Source: Acanthaster planci | Lineage: Eukaryota | Assembly (NCBI RefSeq): GCF_001949145.1 | Contig: NW_019091362.1 | Span: 1 to 64,000, forward strand | Length of the DNA stretch: 64,000 nt | Reading direction: 5' to 3' | Shown: positions 50,136 through 64,000 of the stretch, in pieces | Layout: each line of letters begins with the position of its first letter | How positions within the stretch are numbered: position 1 is the stretch's first letter | Notes under the pieces: generated by a model | What the model saw: only the letters and a program-made list of their open reading frames with translations | Database searches by the model: none | What the model was told of the DNA's origin: nothing | Program-made: the position numbers and the translations under genes

Positions 50136-51499
50136 ATATCCAAGGCTTTCCTGTGATAACAGTTCGTGAGGTGACAGCACCATGTACATGTACATGTACA
50201 TGTAGGCCTACATAATGTACAGTATGTGTGATGGTTTGTGTCGTGAAACTGCGTGTACCAGAAGGCCTTGGAACCAAGACTACCAAACACTTCCCTAAAA
50301 AGTCAAACCTCCATTTCTTGAAAGTTTCAAATTTAATGCGAGTGTCTCTGCGGACTTCATGAATGAAAAGGGACGAAAGTGTAAAAAAGTAAAAAAAAAA
50401 TTGCCCACGAACTTGTACTCGGGTGTTGTCGGCATTAGACAATCCTAGTTTTTCATGAAATTCCATGCGTTTAAATGCCTGGAATATTATTCCCGCGTAT
50501 AGCCTTGTTAAGACCTATTCAAACCATCGACCTGTTTAGACTAGAAGCCGTTTAATCGATGCCTCTAAATAATGCAGAGTTAGTGGTCGCACGCGGTAGC
50601 GCCCTCTTTCGATCGTCAAAACATCAGAAGCGTCATTCGTTCATTGCCACGCAAGGGTGCACTGAACCAATTCAAGCTCCATTGAAAATAATGTAAATTT
50701 AAACAAAGTTTAAAGCCCCATGGCAGGCAACTGGAGTCCCTGAGGCCTCTCAAACAAAAAACCAATGTGTTGTTTGGTCCTTCAGATTTCAGATGCTATG
50801 CCCCAAGATGGGTGTCCCCGAATCTACAGAGATGATCCTGGGCCATACTGACACAATCCCACCATTTCTTGGCCCAAACAGACCCCTCTTTTCGAAAGAA
50901 TCTGTGTGTGTGGGGGGGGTACTTTTCGTGCGCGTCCGCCAGGCGGAGAATACACTGCACCCTTCAAGCTAATCCGCTCCGAGCGGAACAAAAGAGGGCG
51001 TGATATTTTGGTTGTACTACACCAAATACGCGCCCATAGGGCACNAATTTAAGATAGGCGTTTACCGTATCTGCATACATCCAAACACATAAGTCTTGGT
51101 TACCAGACCTTCCAGTAGTTATTCCTCGACAAGAATCATCACACGTACACTGTTAGAGGGCGCTATCACCACAGGAATCGTTATCACAGGAATGTCTTCG
51201 ATGTTTCTTTTCATATCTTATGTTTTTCCTTGCTTTCCCTCGAATTTCGGGAGCCCACCAATAGCCTCGTTTGAGCCTTATATTGCATTATTCATATAAG
51301 TTCATGACGTCACTTATCTGAGAATTCAAAACAGAAATGGCGTCCCGATCTCGAAGTCTGAAAATTTCCGCAGAAAGTGCTTCTGCTTATTACTGCAACA
51401 AACTCCACACTGGAATATTCACTAGTTGCTGGTGCGTAGTGGCTAGCAAACGAAAAATTAATTGTTGTGAGCCCCCTCAAAAATGATAACTCCATGTTG

Positions 51500-52600
51500 T
51501 TTAGGTTGGACTTAATTAAAGGCATCGACGGATGCACTGTCTCTGATGTTACTGGGGAGTCGGTTCCATTCAGTGGTGGTTCTCAAGATGGAGGAGCACT
51601 TGAAACAATCATTTTTTGAATTTGGATGATTGAATGAAATTGTAGATGATTTGCGTGTTGTAATCCCCATTTCAACTTGGTTCGGAGCTAACCGATGTCA
51701 ATGGTAACAATACGGTGAATAGACTTTGAGAGTGAAGTGAGTCTGGAGGTGGCTCGTCGTTCCTCCAAAGACTTCCAGCCTAAGTTAGTTATCATAGTTC
51801 AGACACTGGTTGTTCTGCGACAGTCTGTACAAATCTGGCCGCTCGACGTTGGACTGCTTCCAGCCAATTTTTATGGTTAAAGGGAATATATATCCCATAT
51901 GCTGGCGCAGTATTCCAGTTTGGGTCTAACCAAGGTCTGCTGAATGAGCACAGCTATACAGGTCTCTACGAAGGAATCCAAGAACCTTGTTCGCCTTTGA
52001 AGTTGTGTTGTTATAATCAGCCCTGTCCAGTTTATTACTAAGTTCCCCCCTCCCCTGATTAGTATGACTTTTGACCAGGGGGTTTCTTGTTCATACGATA
52101 AATTAATTGAAGTGGCTGTAATTGTGAGTAACGCCATGGTGTAGTACTTGGCAGTATTAAACTTCACTTGCCAGCGGGATTCCCATTTGCAGAGGATAAC
52201 AATATCTTTCTGCAGTCCTTGTTAGTCCTTATCAACGAATATCTAACGGTATAATATGTCATCTGCCAGGATCCTCACTTCTTGTGAAATTCCTTCTGGT
52301 AGGTTATTGAGATATAAGATGAAAAACAGCGGCCAGTACAGTCTCTTGGAGAACGTCAGAAGTAACATTTATGGATGACGATGACACTCCTTCCAGAACA
52401 ACTTGCTGAGAACGTTTCGTTAGGAAATTGCCGACCCCCTTGTGTAGGCCTAGTGATCCGGTGATCCCCACTTGCTTTAGCTTCAGCCAGAGTCTTTGGT
52501 GAGGAACAAGACCAAAAGCCTTGATAAAATCCATAATCATTACGTCAGCTTGGACTTGGTTATAAAGAATTTTGTAAAGATCACGCACGGAAAGGGCTAA
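51500..52600 (-). mobile_element. Decayed LINE RT fragment, copy 2, retaining the 3' end
   Basis: DFIKAFGLVPHQRL...RSQQVVLEG; KFNTAK; LVRPKLEYCASIWD; LGWKSLEERRATSRL. Confidence 0.85.
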
Positions 52601-54954
52601 ATGCCGTCTTCAAGTGGTTGTAAAATGCCTTCAAGATATGCCAACAGATTGTTTTGAAAGGAACTTTCCGTTTTCAGATATTAGTTGATAATTTACCTTA
52701 TAAATTTCCAGGTTTGGGAAAATTCGCGGTGCTAAAGAGCAGAGACATTATAGGCCTACATCGTGACCGTACCGTGGTGATGAGACATCACAAATATTGA
52801 AAATGGCTCGATTTCTTTAGTTATAGGCGCTCATGGCAACCTCTTGGCTGCTGCCCCGGGCCATAGAAGGATATTTTGTGAGTGTTTAGCTATGAGCATC
52901 CGAGAAAACATGTTCACCATGACGTTGGCCCTTGTTTTAATAAGAAAACGTAGTTCGTGAACACGAAGCATTTTGAAAGTAATTTGCGTAACTTCTGCCG
53001 ATCACAACTCACGTGATATGAATAAAGCATATCCAACCTTTATTTCCATATCTGTTGCCGCCCAAGACCTTACAAAATATCCAAGGCCTTCCTGTGATAA
53101 CAGTTCGTGAGGTGACAGCGCCAAGTACATGTAGGCCTACATAATGTACAGTATGTGTGATGGTTTGTGTCGTGAAACTACGTATACCGGAAGGTCTTGG
53201 AACCAAGACTACCAAACACTTCCCTAAAAAGTCAAACCTCCATTTCTTGAAAGTTTCAAATTTAATGCGAGTGTCTCTGCAGACTTCATGAATGAAAAGG
53301 GACGAAAGTGTAAAAAAACGAACTTGTAGTCGGGTGTTGTCGGCATTACACAATCCTAGTTTTTCATGAAATTCCATGCGTTTAAATGCCTGGAATATTA
53401 TTCCCGCGTATAGCCTTGTTAAGACCTATTCAAACCATCGACCTTTTTAGAAGCCGTTTAATCGATGCCTCTAAAATAATGCGGAGATTAGTGGTCGCAC
53501 GGGTAGCGCCCTTTTTCGATCGTCAAAACATCAGAAGCGTCATTCTTTCATTGCCACTCAAGGGTGCACTGAACCAATTCAAGCTCCATTGAAAATAATG
53601 TAAATTCAAACAAAGTTTGGAGCCCCATGGCAGGCAACTGGAGTCCCTGAGGCCTCTCAAACAAAAAAACAATGTGTTGTTTGGTCCTTCAGATTTCATT
53701 TGATTTTCAGTTTTAGTAGGTTAACCAATGAATTTTTTAATTATCGTCCAAAAACAAACTCACCCCCAAAACGTGAATGTTCCCAAGTCTTCTCAGCGGC
53801 CATATTTCAAATGACATCCCTCACCTTCTCAGGGCTCTTCTCACAAATTTTCAATCACACCTTTGTCTGCTATGCCCCAAGATGGGTGTCCCCGAATCTA
53901 CAGAGATGATCCTGGGCCATACTGACACAATTCCACCATTTCTTGGCCCAAACAGACCCCTCTTTACGAAAGAGTCTGTGAGGGGTGGTACTTTTCGTGC
54001 GCGTCCGCCAGGCGGAGAATACACTGCACCCTTCAAGCTAATCCGCTCCGAGCGGAACAAAAGAGGGCGTGATATTTTGGTTGCACTACACCAAATACGC
54101 GCTCATAGAAAACTGCAAAATCGGACCGAAATGGCGCCGCCTATTGACTCTCGTGAAGAGGTTGGCCTCCGTTTTTTTACTGGAAATTCAAGATTATTGC
54201 CAGAAGATCACTTTTCGTTTCAATTTCATGGGGGTTAACCACGAAAATCTTTTTTATTCGCCTTTCAAGGAAGATACCCCCAAAACAGCAGTAAAACTAA
54301 ACGCTCATTTCTGAATGTAGCCGCCCGCCTCTCTCCAAAATAGGCCCGTAATCTGGGGCTTTATGTGAAAGAAATACCCCGAACTGGAAACTGTCAGTCC
54401 CAAATTTGGGATTTATAGAAATATTTCTATGATGCGGCCTCCTGATTATGGCAGGTCATATTGTAAAAACCCCGTGGGATCACAAAATTAATGAGCTCAT
54501 GAGAAGAAATACATCCATTTGGAGGAATGCACCCTCATGCAGCAAGCATTACAGTAAACTGGCGCCATTTACTTTGCAAGGACTGACACGTACTGGACAG
54601 TATAGGTTTAAATGCGTCATGACTTGGATACTACATGTATACGCAAAGTCTAATTATCGTAAGCTTGTGCTTGGAACAAGGCGTGATTTACGTGCCTAGC
54701 CTAAGCGTAAACACAGTGTGTGACTAGTATGGCATCCAGTTAAAGATTATTTAAACAAATACCAGTAAACAAACTCATACGTAATTATATAGACAATAGT
54801 TGAATCTCTCAATGAAATGTATATTTTGGTCTGAATTTTGAAATTTTTCAAGATTTCTGGATTTTCAGATTTTTTTTTTAAAGTTTTCAAGATGGGTCTT
54901 GATTTTTCAAGATCTTGAAAAATTGTTAACGAGCAACCACGCCACAGACATAAA

Positions 54955-55580
54955 CGCATAGACCGCCAAGCCCTATTCAAAACAACAGGAATTTTGATCG
55001 ATCTGCGCGGCGCCCGACTAAAATCAAAACTATGGACAAATTCAACCCTCCGTATGGGGAATTTACGCACAGTTGAAGAATTCCAGCGATGCAATTCTAT
55101 GAAGCCATTTTTTCGATTGTAAAACAATCCTCCATTTACTCAAACTGGCCCATAGGGATTCAAAACAATGGGGTTACAACATTTGAAAACAAGGGATAGC
55201 AGTGCGAAAGAGCAAAGAAGGTGAACGTATTTTGAAACACATGTAAACCTTATATGCAATGTAAATGCGTTGTGCGTGATGCGCACTGAACGCGCTTTCG
55301 CCCGTCGCTTCGCTCATTGCCCATACTGACGGTCTATGGGTATGTCCGTGGGTGGCAATACACACACGTAAACCCATAGACGGACAGCTCTTATTCAAAA
55401 CAACGGCGGGGTACCGTAGCCGAGAGGGAAGCGTGGGCAAATTCACCCTACGGTATAGGGAATAAAGTTGAAGAATTCCGGCCATAAAATGCTATGAAGC
55501 CATTTTCCGATTGTGAAAAAATCCTCTGTTTACTCAATCTGGCCCATGCAGATTCAAAACAGTGAGGTTGCAACATACGC
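54955..55580 (+). repeat. Two diverged direct copies of a ~200-bp unit (~54957-55181 and ~55376-55576)
   Basis: Shared catagac...tattcaaaacaac...gttgaagaattcc...ctatgaagccatttt...tttactcaa.ctggcccat...gattcaaaaca. Confidence 0.7.
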
Positions 55581-55654
55581 GCAAGACTGGTGGTCTAAGT
55601 GGTTATTACGTATGGTGGCAATGCTGACGGTGAGCAACAACAGCCCGCCTCCAA

Positions 55655-56625
55655 CAGTTTGTAACGCATTAGCCAATCACAATGCGCAAAATTTGTCGAC
55701 CCATCCGGTTCGTAAGTGTGACGTCACTTCAGTTTAAACCACACCCACTGCATATGCACTGCACATAGAGTTACAAGCATTGATCGCCGTTTACATGGAA
55801 CCATGGAACCGGAAGTTAACGCGCAACTTTAATGATCGTCCAATAGGAGCCTGCAAATCGTGGCGCGTCCGCCTTTGTGACGAAATCGGTTAAAACCTGA
55901 AAGCAAAAGGTCACGCAGCGAGCTTCCGGAACCCCCGCGTTGTCTGCCTATGGGGATTTTACATTGGGCCGTCCAATCACACGTTCGATGATTTTGGAAG
56001 AATAATCCCTAACTGAAACCACTCCATGAAACATTCATGTTGGAATTTTACCTTTGTCTTCCTCAAGAAATATTTAGGAAAAGTCACCTGTAGATGGGTA
56101 AAAACGAAAGTTGTTGTCAGCAAAGGTTAGATGAAATATCAGAGTCTGTCATAAAAAGAGAATATTGCTTTAGGTTTATTACCTTGTAAATTATAAAAGT
56201 GTGTAAAATATTTTGAGTTGTTTTACTTCAGCTTTTACTGACAGACAACCATAAAATCTCAAACCCCAAATGTTCAACTGCGTACGCGCGTACGCGACTG
56301 CCGTATTGGACTGTTCTTCGTGTATTTTAGATTTTCGGGAGTGATGGGTCAATTTTTGGCAGGATTCTCTTTTAGGTCAGGTGATTTTTCAGTTTCTATA
56401 AATTGATATACTAGCAAATATTTTCAAAAGCCCGTCTCCTGAGTAGAATGTTTAAAGAAGTAACTGAACGAAAAAGAAATTACAAATTCTAAAATCTTTG
56501 CATGTATGTTTTCCTATCCAGGGGTACCGGAAGCTCGCCATCAAGGGTCAACTTTCAGGCTCTATACGCGTTTGGAAAGGGTCGACAGATTTCCTGCATT
56601 GTGATTGGCCAACGCCTTTCAAACT
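55655..56625. repeat. Diverged inverted repeat, MITE-like
   Basis: gccaatcacaatgc...tgtcgaccc vs gggtcgaca...gcattgtgattggc; gcgagcttccggaacccc vs ggggtaccggaagctcgc. Confidence 0.65.
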
Positions 56626-59600
56626 CTTGAAGTATTAAGTCGGATTGTGAAGAAATTTTTAGACTGCCAACAACTAAAATGCATTAAATATCACTCAAAA
56701 AAAAAGGAAAACAGGTTTTAAAAGCCACAAATATTCCGTTCATCAATATCATGAACCTCAACCTTTATATGCTGCCCCCCCCCGCTTTTCAAAATTTTTC
56801 CCCATCCCCCATTTCCGGCACAAATTTACGCCACTCTGCAAGCGAGATTACATATGAGATTACGTGCGATGTTTACATATTGAATAATACTTTTAAAGAG
56901 AAAAAATAATAAGAAAATGGTAATAATGGGGTTGTCACTTTTCAAGTATCAACATAATTTCGTGATTGCCCACGTCTTTCTTCACAAAGTGTTCCTTTCC
57001 AAACCAAAGTTGGGCATGCTCAACTGTATCGACTAATAAGTTAGGTATGCCAGTTGACAAAGTTGGGGGTGTAACACAATTTTGTTTTGCGACTACAAGT
57101 ACATGTACGTATACATGCACACGTACGTATGATGTCAAGCGGCTTGTCGATATCAGAATGAAATATTACGTTAATTACAGACGTTTACAAGGAGTGATTC
57201 AAATAGGGATGGGCATAGAACGTGAAATATTATATTCTTAAAGAACCTGAAATTAGATATCAAAATAAACGGGAATTTTATAGGGATTATTTGGAAAGTA
57301 AGAATACAAATAAAAGGAAGTGATAATCAAAGATTCTGTTAATGATAATTTGTCTTGAATAATACAATGTACTTTTGACACACCTATGCAAATAGTGGTT
57401 GCTCCCGCAATCATGATCAACACGGCGTGTACACACTCGGGCATTTCACTGGAGAACAGGGTCTCCCGAAGTATTCGTACGGAAAAAGTCTTCAAAACCG
57501 TAAAACGGCGAAATCATGCAACTGCTAACTTGAGCACCTATTAAAACAATGTCCATCGGCTAGAAATCTGGACAAATTTCTGCACAAGGAGGACATTTGA
57601 GGTGGGAATCATGCCGCTGCCTTTTGACTTAGACAAGCGATGGGGCTCAGATCGAAGGTAGGCGAGGTGGTTTGTTGTGACATCAGTGCGATGTGTACAC
57701 GGTAGTGCACCACACACTGACACGTCAGGCGGCAGGGTGTTGTGTCATAAAGCTACCGTACATGTACATGTACATTGTACTACTACAACTTACAAGGCCT
57801 TGAATGAGTTGAAATAGTCAACTCAGCGCTAGTTGTAGGCATTTGTAGGCCTACACTCGTTGAACCTTACCATGTACACAGAATTAGAAAGCCGTTGGTG
57901 TCCAACTAAATCAGAAATACACTTATGGGCATATAAAGCAAGGAAATGATATAGGTGTGCATGTAGCAAACGCAAACGGGCAGCAAGTGTTGTTGGGGGG
58001 GGCAAATAATTCTCGAAGTCTGAGGTTGTACCTTTTATTGCACTCACGTCTGGGCATAGGGGCAACTCTCCATTTACTTTGTACAGGGATTCACATGTTT
58101 TCCTCTTTTTTGCTGCAACATGATAGAATAACTGAAACCTTTTCGGTACAGTGTGGGATAATTCACCATGTTCACTGCACATAAATAGTGAAATTTTGGA
58201 CATGCCTTTGATGTGAAGGTTAAAAGTTTAATCAATAAATCAGATTTTCCCCATAGACCGCAACACTATTTTTGCCCCTTTGAGTTTCGAGTGTAAAATA
58301 TGGAATAGCCACCAATTGACCAATCAGAGAGAAGAATCAAGATTCACTGACCTCATCTTGAGTGCGAGAATCTACGTTTTGGTCAGGTGTAGGAGAATGT
58401 CAATGTTGTTTTCATTTTGGTCTTTGTCGCTCAAAATGTCATAATCATTTGGGATATTTCCAAATGGCATTTAGGAAATTTTGAGATATTAAAGTACAAT
58501 CAAACAAAAGTGACCGATGTACACTGTATTGAATATGAGACTAGTAAGGTCACTTTGATTGGGAATAGACATAAAAGGGACTGTATGCACTCAGCATCTG
58601 TGTTTAGTAGGCAGAGATTTTTCCATCTATCACATGACCTCCACAGTTTGGGGGTCATGCTATTTAGTGTCAACAAGCGTAAACAAACTACTTTTTATAC
58701 AAAAAAATGTATTTTGATGTTAATGAGGCTCCAATTTATCACATTTAATGCATCACATTTACATACTTGTACCTGTATCTAAAATGATTAATTTGGGCGA
58801 CAAATGAATGTATGGCCCTGCTCGTGCAACCTGACCGGCTACCATCTTGTTTTTGCATGGATGGCAGAGGAAAGAATGATGGCGGCCCCCACACATTGCG
58901 GAAATATAAATTTGTTTTCCTGCAATAATCTGGAAGTATCTGTAGGCTACATTCGTCATTTTCTTACACATTGGTAGATGTTAGAGTCTTTCTAGTATGA
59001 TAATACCACTTTTGAAACTTTAGAGGGTATTTTCAAGTTATTAACGCTGTAATTGTGTGTGTTGACACTTGTTGACGCTACATGTAAATAGGACGACAGC
59101 AAAATCATGGAGAGAGAAGGGAAGAGGCTTAACACTGTCTTATGCTGTAAGTACCTGTATTGGTATGTATTATGTACATAATTGGACAATTAAGTATTGA
59201 ATACCGCTACTTCTAAGGGGGTTTCTGCATGGTATAGAAAGTGGTTCTTTTCATGGCAGTGCAAATCGCGTCCATGACTTCTCAACAGGTGGCAGAAGGG
59301 ATTGTCTTACATTANNNNNNNNNNNNNNNNNNNNNNNNNNNNNNNNNNNNNNNNNNNNNNNNNNNNNNNNNNNNNNNNNNNNNNNNNNNNNNNNNNNNNN
59401 NNNNNNNNNNNNNNNNNNNNNNNNNNNNNNNNNNNNNNNNNNNNNNNNNNNNNNNNNNNNNNNNNNNNNNNNNNNNNNNNNNNNNNNNNNNNNNNNNNNN
59501 NNNNNNNNNNNNNNNNNNNNNNNNNNNNNNNNNNNNNNNNNNNNNNNNNNNNNNNNNNNNNNNNNNNNNNNNNNNNNNNNNNNNNNNNNNNNNNNNNNNN

Positions 59601-60291
59601 NNNNNNNNNNNNNNNNNNNNNNNNNNNNNNNNNNNNNNNNNNNNNNNNNNNNNNNNNNNNNNNNNNNNNNNNNNNNNNNNNNNNNNNNNNNNNNNNNNNN
59701 NNNNNNNNNNNNNNNNNNNNNNNNNNNNNNNNNNNNNNNNNNNNNNNNNNNNNNNNNNNNNNNNNNNNNNNNNNNNNNNNNNNNNNNNNNNNNNNNNNNN
59801 NNNNNNNNNNNNNNNNNNNNNNNNNNNNNNNNNNNNNNNNNNNNNNNNNNNNNNNNNNNNNNNNNNNNNNNNNNNNNNNNNNNNNNNNNNNNNNNNNNNN
59901 NNNNNNNNNNNNNNNNNNNNNNNNNNNNNNNNNNNNNNNNNNNNNNNNNNNNNNNNNNNNNNNNNNNNNNNNNNNNNNNNNNNNNNNNNNNNNNNNNNNN
60001 NNNNNNNNNNNNNNNNNNNNNNNNNNNNNNNNNNNNNNNNNNNNNNNNNNNNNNNNNNNNNNNNNNNNNNNNNNNNNNNNNNNNNNNNNNNNNNNNNNNN
60101 NNNNNNNNNNNNNNNNNNNNNNNNNNNNNNNNNNNNNNNNNNNNNNNNNNNNNNNNNNNNNNNNNNNNNNNNNNNNNNNNNNNNNNNNNNNNNNNNNNNN
60201 NNNNNNNNNNNNNNNNNNNNNNNNNNNNNNNNNNNNNNNNNNNNNNNNNNNNNNNNNNNNNNNNNNNNNNNNNNNNNNNNNNNNNNNNNNN

Positions 60292-60488
60292 CATGTAAGA
60301 CAATCTGTCACATTTGTCATACACATTTACATACGTGTACATGTGAGACAATCTGTCACATTTGTCATACACATTTACATGTAAGACAATCTGTCACATT
60401 TGTCATACACATGTACATGTAAGACAATCTGTCACATTTGTCATACACATTTACATGTACATGTAAGACAATCTGTCACATTTGTTAT
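60292..60488. repeat. ~34-46-bp minisatellite (catgtaagacaatctgtcacatttgtcatacacattta) next to a gap
   Basis: About five copies directly visible. Confidence 0.9.
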
Positions 60489-61894
60489 CACTTCTGTCAA
60501 ACTGTTTTCTTCTGACATTTTTCACTGCAGTAGAAAATTAGACTTGGCAACACAGCATTTAACATCTGTGGTATACACCAAGAAATCCCTCTGAGTGTTT
60601 GTTTACATTGTGTGATGGGATGTACATTGTACATGTGAATTTCTCTGTGTACTTGTCCTTTTCACCTCAGTATTCTCCGTGGTGAAGTTCATCATTTCAT
60701 TTGCACCTGCCTTACCATGCTACTGTACATTAACCCCCACCCATGCCAGTGCGGTTCCCTTGGTAGCTATAACAGCCCAATTACTTACCCCTGTCACCCA
60801 TATGATTGGGTGCTATTCAAGTGGTATTGCACCCTAATCACATGGTCACCCAAGCAAGAAATAATCCTCCCCCCTTGTATTGTTACTCAAGGTATTGAGG
60901 TAGGCAATCGTACCACATGCAGTCTGGCCTGTCTTTCTTTGGTAGGGGATATGCTACTGGTACATATGTGTACATACTTGTACAGTGTATGTACCAAGCA
61001 GTCTGACTGTGAGGGAGTAGCGCAGGCTCTTGAATCGAGGTCAAGTCAGTTTGCTTCCTCTGTGTTAGTGTCAAAAATGGAAAGCCCAATATAAATAGAA
61101 ACCATGGAGATCAGAAAGCTGCAGTTTCTTTGTACTATGATTTAAGAAAAATGAAGACAACCTTTAAAGTCTTTGAACCTGTGGGTTCTTTGTGATTGCA
61201 GTTAAATCTGATTTTCAAAGTTGGAAATACATGTAACTTTGTAAGTACGCTCACTTCTGTGTCTTGCATGGTTACATTGTACCTGAAAATCAAACAAATA
61301 CTATACCCATAGGATCAAGAAGTGGATTGGAACATCAGACTAGATGTTCCCTTCAATTTGAAATTTATCTGTACCGGTACCATGAATCAAACTCAAGTAG
61401 TGTGAACTGTAAATACTCCTGCCACACATGAGCAAATTAAAAATGCAGCAAGGTCGTGGGTTTCAGTCTCACCCAAGTAAACTTAAGATTTTTTGTGAAC
61501 TCTTTGACAAACACTGAAAATGCAGGGTTAACTTATACAAGTCAGTGTAAGGGCAAAATCTGTAATAAGAAATTAACCTCTCCTGATGCCAAGTACCAGT
61601 ATGTCTTGAAATGACTCGCAGCAGTGCTGTACAGAGAAAAATAAAATGAGGTACTGGCTCCTACAAAAAAAGAAAGTGAAGCGCCAGGTCAATTTTGTAT
61701 TCTGTACGCACAGTGAAGGTAGACAACCAATGAGCACAAATCATGGTCGCCATTGACAATTAGAATTCAAATTTGGTTGCATACTGCTATGATCATTTTT
61801 ACTCGCAAATGCGACTGTTTTGGTCACACCGTACAGCACTGATTTGCAGTGCCTGCTGCTACATCGACTCAACCAGCCTGCCACCCAACCCCAG

Positions 61895-62065
61895 CAAGCT
61901 CAATGGTCAAGTGGTTAAGACATCTGCACTAGTAAGCAGGTCATGGGTTCAAGTCCAACCCAAGTAAGCTTGAGATTTTTTCACAAACTCTCGGACAAGC
62001 ACTAAGAATACAATGTTAAGTGATACAATGTATGTATGTCAGTGTAAGGGGAAACCAGTAATTAA
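61895..62065 (+). mobile_element. tRNA-derived SINE; more degenerate copy at ~61430-61570
   Basis: A-box-like TGGTCAAGTGG, B-box GGTTCAAGTCC, then a non-tRNA body (acccaagtaa...gtcagtgtaaggg) shared with 61450-61560. Confidence 0.7.
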
Positions 62066-64000
62066 AAATTGATTGCTTTTATTGCCATACAAACATTTAA
62101 AACATACCTGGTACATGTTTTGATTGGTGTGGCTGCTGCATCAACATTCGTTTGTTTTTTTGTATTAAGAATACTACATCTACATGCAGGTGAAAATATT
62201 GTCTTTCTTGAAATACATGTACATCTGTGAACACTGTTCTGAGCTGAATTTTTGTTGATGGCTTCCAAATAGTTCCCCTCACTTTTGCAAGGAATAACTT
62301 TAACCTCAATTAAACCTCCTTTTCAGAGAGAAATCTTGTGTGGATGTGGGCAAGTCCACACAATATTTTCATTTCCTTCTTTGTATGGACATCTTTTGTT
62401 CACAGGTCCGCACAATGAGAGGCATGCCTCTACATGCGTGCACACACATCTGTTCATGATCAGTGCCAGAAATTGTTGATTTCCAGTCACAGCTGTGGGC
62501 AAAGTATAGGTGTAGGCCCAAATTGTCCAAACTCAAAGATACACATGCACACCTACCGCTATGTACCTCATATTTTTACTGTGACTATTCACAAGATCGG
62601 TCTGTTTTGTTGCCCAAAGCACCTGAAGGAGGGCCTCCTCCCTGACCTTTGCCCAAGGCAAAATTGCATCCTTGTTCAGATCTCCACAAGGTGCCCTCTT
62701 ACATGTCTTATGCTGTGTGTGTTGCATAAAATATGCTCAAGACACAATGTACATGTGCATGTATGCACAAGAGTTTTAGTGTACAAGAGAAATAAAAATA
62801 AAGAAAGCTTACTGTGACACTGAACCAATAATACAAATTAAGGTTGAAATTTTGAAACACTAAATTTTTACTTTAAATTTGACATTGTGATGTCAGTGTT
62901 TTACATTTACACAATTATGCGGTATGTGCGAGTACAGTGTATCTTAAATTATTCAGTTTTGAACGAATTTTGTGGTACTTGTACATGTACATAATCCTGT
63001 ATTTTTGTAACAAAGTAGGAAAACATCAAGTTTCTTTGATTTGATTGAGTTTTCTTTGCTGATAGAGAATTTCATCATTAGGCTCTTCTTGCAGCCTGCA
63101 AGTGAAACAATCCTAGAAAACCCCTTCTCTAATTAATTGCAGACAAGGTGTTCCAACTTCTATTTCTTCAAGTACCGATATATATAAAAATGGGCACGAA
63201 TGACCTTGTTGATTCACTTCGTAGGTTGTCTTGGTGTTTTTTCACTAAGGCTGAGGTAGTACATGTATCCTAACTCAAGTAATCCTGCATTCTGTTTTAT
63301 CATTTCGTTTTGTTTGTTTTTTGGGTTTTTTTATTTACACTTGACACAGCTGTCTTTCATCACCCATGACCCAGAATCGTTGATTTAACCCAGTTTATAG
63401 GTTTAGCAAACTGCCATTCAGTTTTCAGTACAGGATTGCTTATTAACATGCCTGACTTCGAAAGAGTGTAGATTGAATCCAAGCCTTTGAAGGTTTCATA
63501 CATGTACGTGTAGTTAAGTGCCTTTTTGTTGGGTTGTCAGTCTTCAAGTACTCCGTAAATTTCATTTCCCCCCTAAACCAGGCCAGTATGTTACCTTACT
63601 GGGGGAAGGGGTCTTATTTTAGTTGGACGGACCCATCATTTATTGGATTGAGATGTCAGCCTTAGACACTAAGTCAGCTGCCAAGCAAATGGTTGGTAAA
63701 TTTCCTAGCATTCAAATTTGAGTTGCTTCTTTTTAAAAATTACCCCGGTACATGTACTGGTACATGTTCTTCCCTTGTCATTTTCCCTGAGGATCTTGCA
63801 GGCTTCACCAAAATCAATAATTGGGATACAGTATAGGCCACGTGGCCATCACTATACGTGTAGAATGGTGGAAGTGCTATCCTGCCTTTGAGTTTGAAAA
63901 ATAAGAAAGGATGTGGGAGACAGCTCGTGATCATCAGGACTTGACTATCAGCTGATCTTACAAGTTACAGTGAGCTCTGCACAGACTTCACACGTGGTGA

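Larger units (their letters stand above)
48182..54105. repeat. ~3-kb direct duplication (copy 1 ~48183-51044, copy 2 ~51046-54105); possibly two haplotypes
   Basis: Both copies start right after a single n with (t/a)atttaagataggcg and are colinear apart from indels. Confidence 0.9.

Noticed and set aside
57611..57657. Possible first coding exon MPLPFDLDKRWGSDR followed by gtaggc
   Set aside because: Too short, no recognisable homology, no downstream exon identified.
2444..60422. Long poly-X ORFs at the five assembly gaps (2489-3073, 17286-18151, 21114-21793, 34158-35025, 59315-60291)
   Set aside because: Artefacts of N runs. The 17286-18151 gap lies in gene A intron 1 and could hide sequence.
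60292..60488. CRISPR-like or Cys/His-repeat protein
   Set aside because: Contiguous minisatellite without unique spacers; eukaryotic context, no cas genes.
61895..61965. tRNA gene
   Set aside because: Has A/B boxes but no convincing cloverleaf and continues into a body shared with another copy, so it is a SINE.

Overview
Eukaryotic draft-assembly sequence with GT-AG introns, five N gaps and many transposon relics. It is probably from a marine invertebrate, possibly an echinoderm; that is inferred only from the style of the repeats. The main content is a divergent (head-to-head) pair of large SAMD9/SAMD9L-family STAND-NTPase immune genes: gene A on the minus strand (~8852-18864) and gene B on the plus strand (35317-44035, ~2000 aa). 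I could splice both by hand with fully phase-consistent GT-AG junctions and near-identical exon layouts. Predicted architecture: conserved unknown N-terminal motif - ubiquitin-like domain ending in LMGG - RHIM-like motif - TRADD-N-like domain - SAM - disordered linker - SIR2-like - P-loop NTPase - TPR - OB-fold - short coiled coil. The AlbA_2/Schlafen-like nuclease of vertebrate SAMD9 appears absent and replaced by a signalling-type N-terminal module. The paralogs share a near-identical tract suggestive of gene conversion. The rest is DIRS-like gag, LINE RT, SGNH and piggyBac relics, MITEs, tRNA-derived SINEs, a solo LTR, an orphan subtilisin exon and a ~3 kb tandem or haplotypic duplication. 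Domain calls come from motif recognition by eye; no database search was run.
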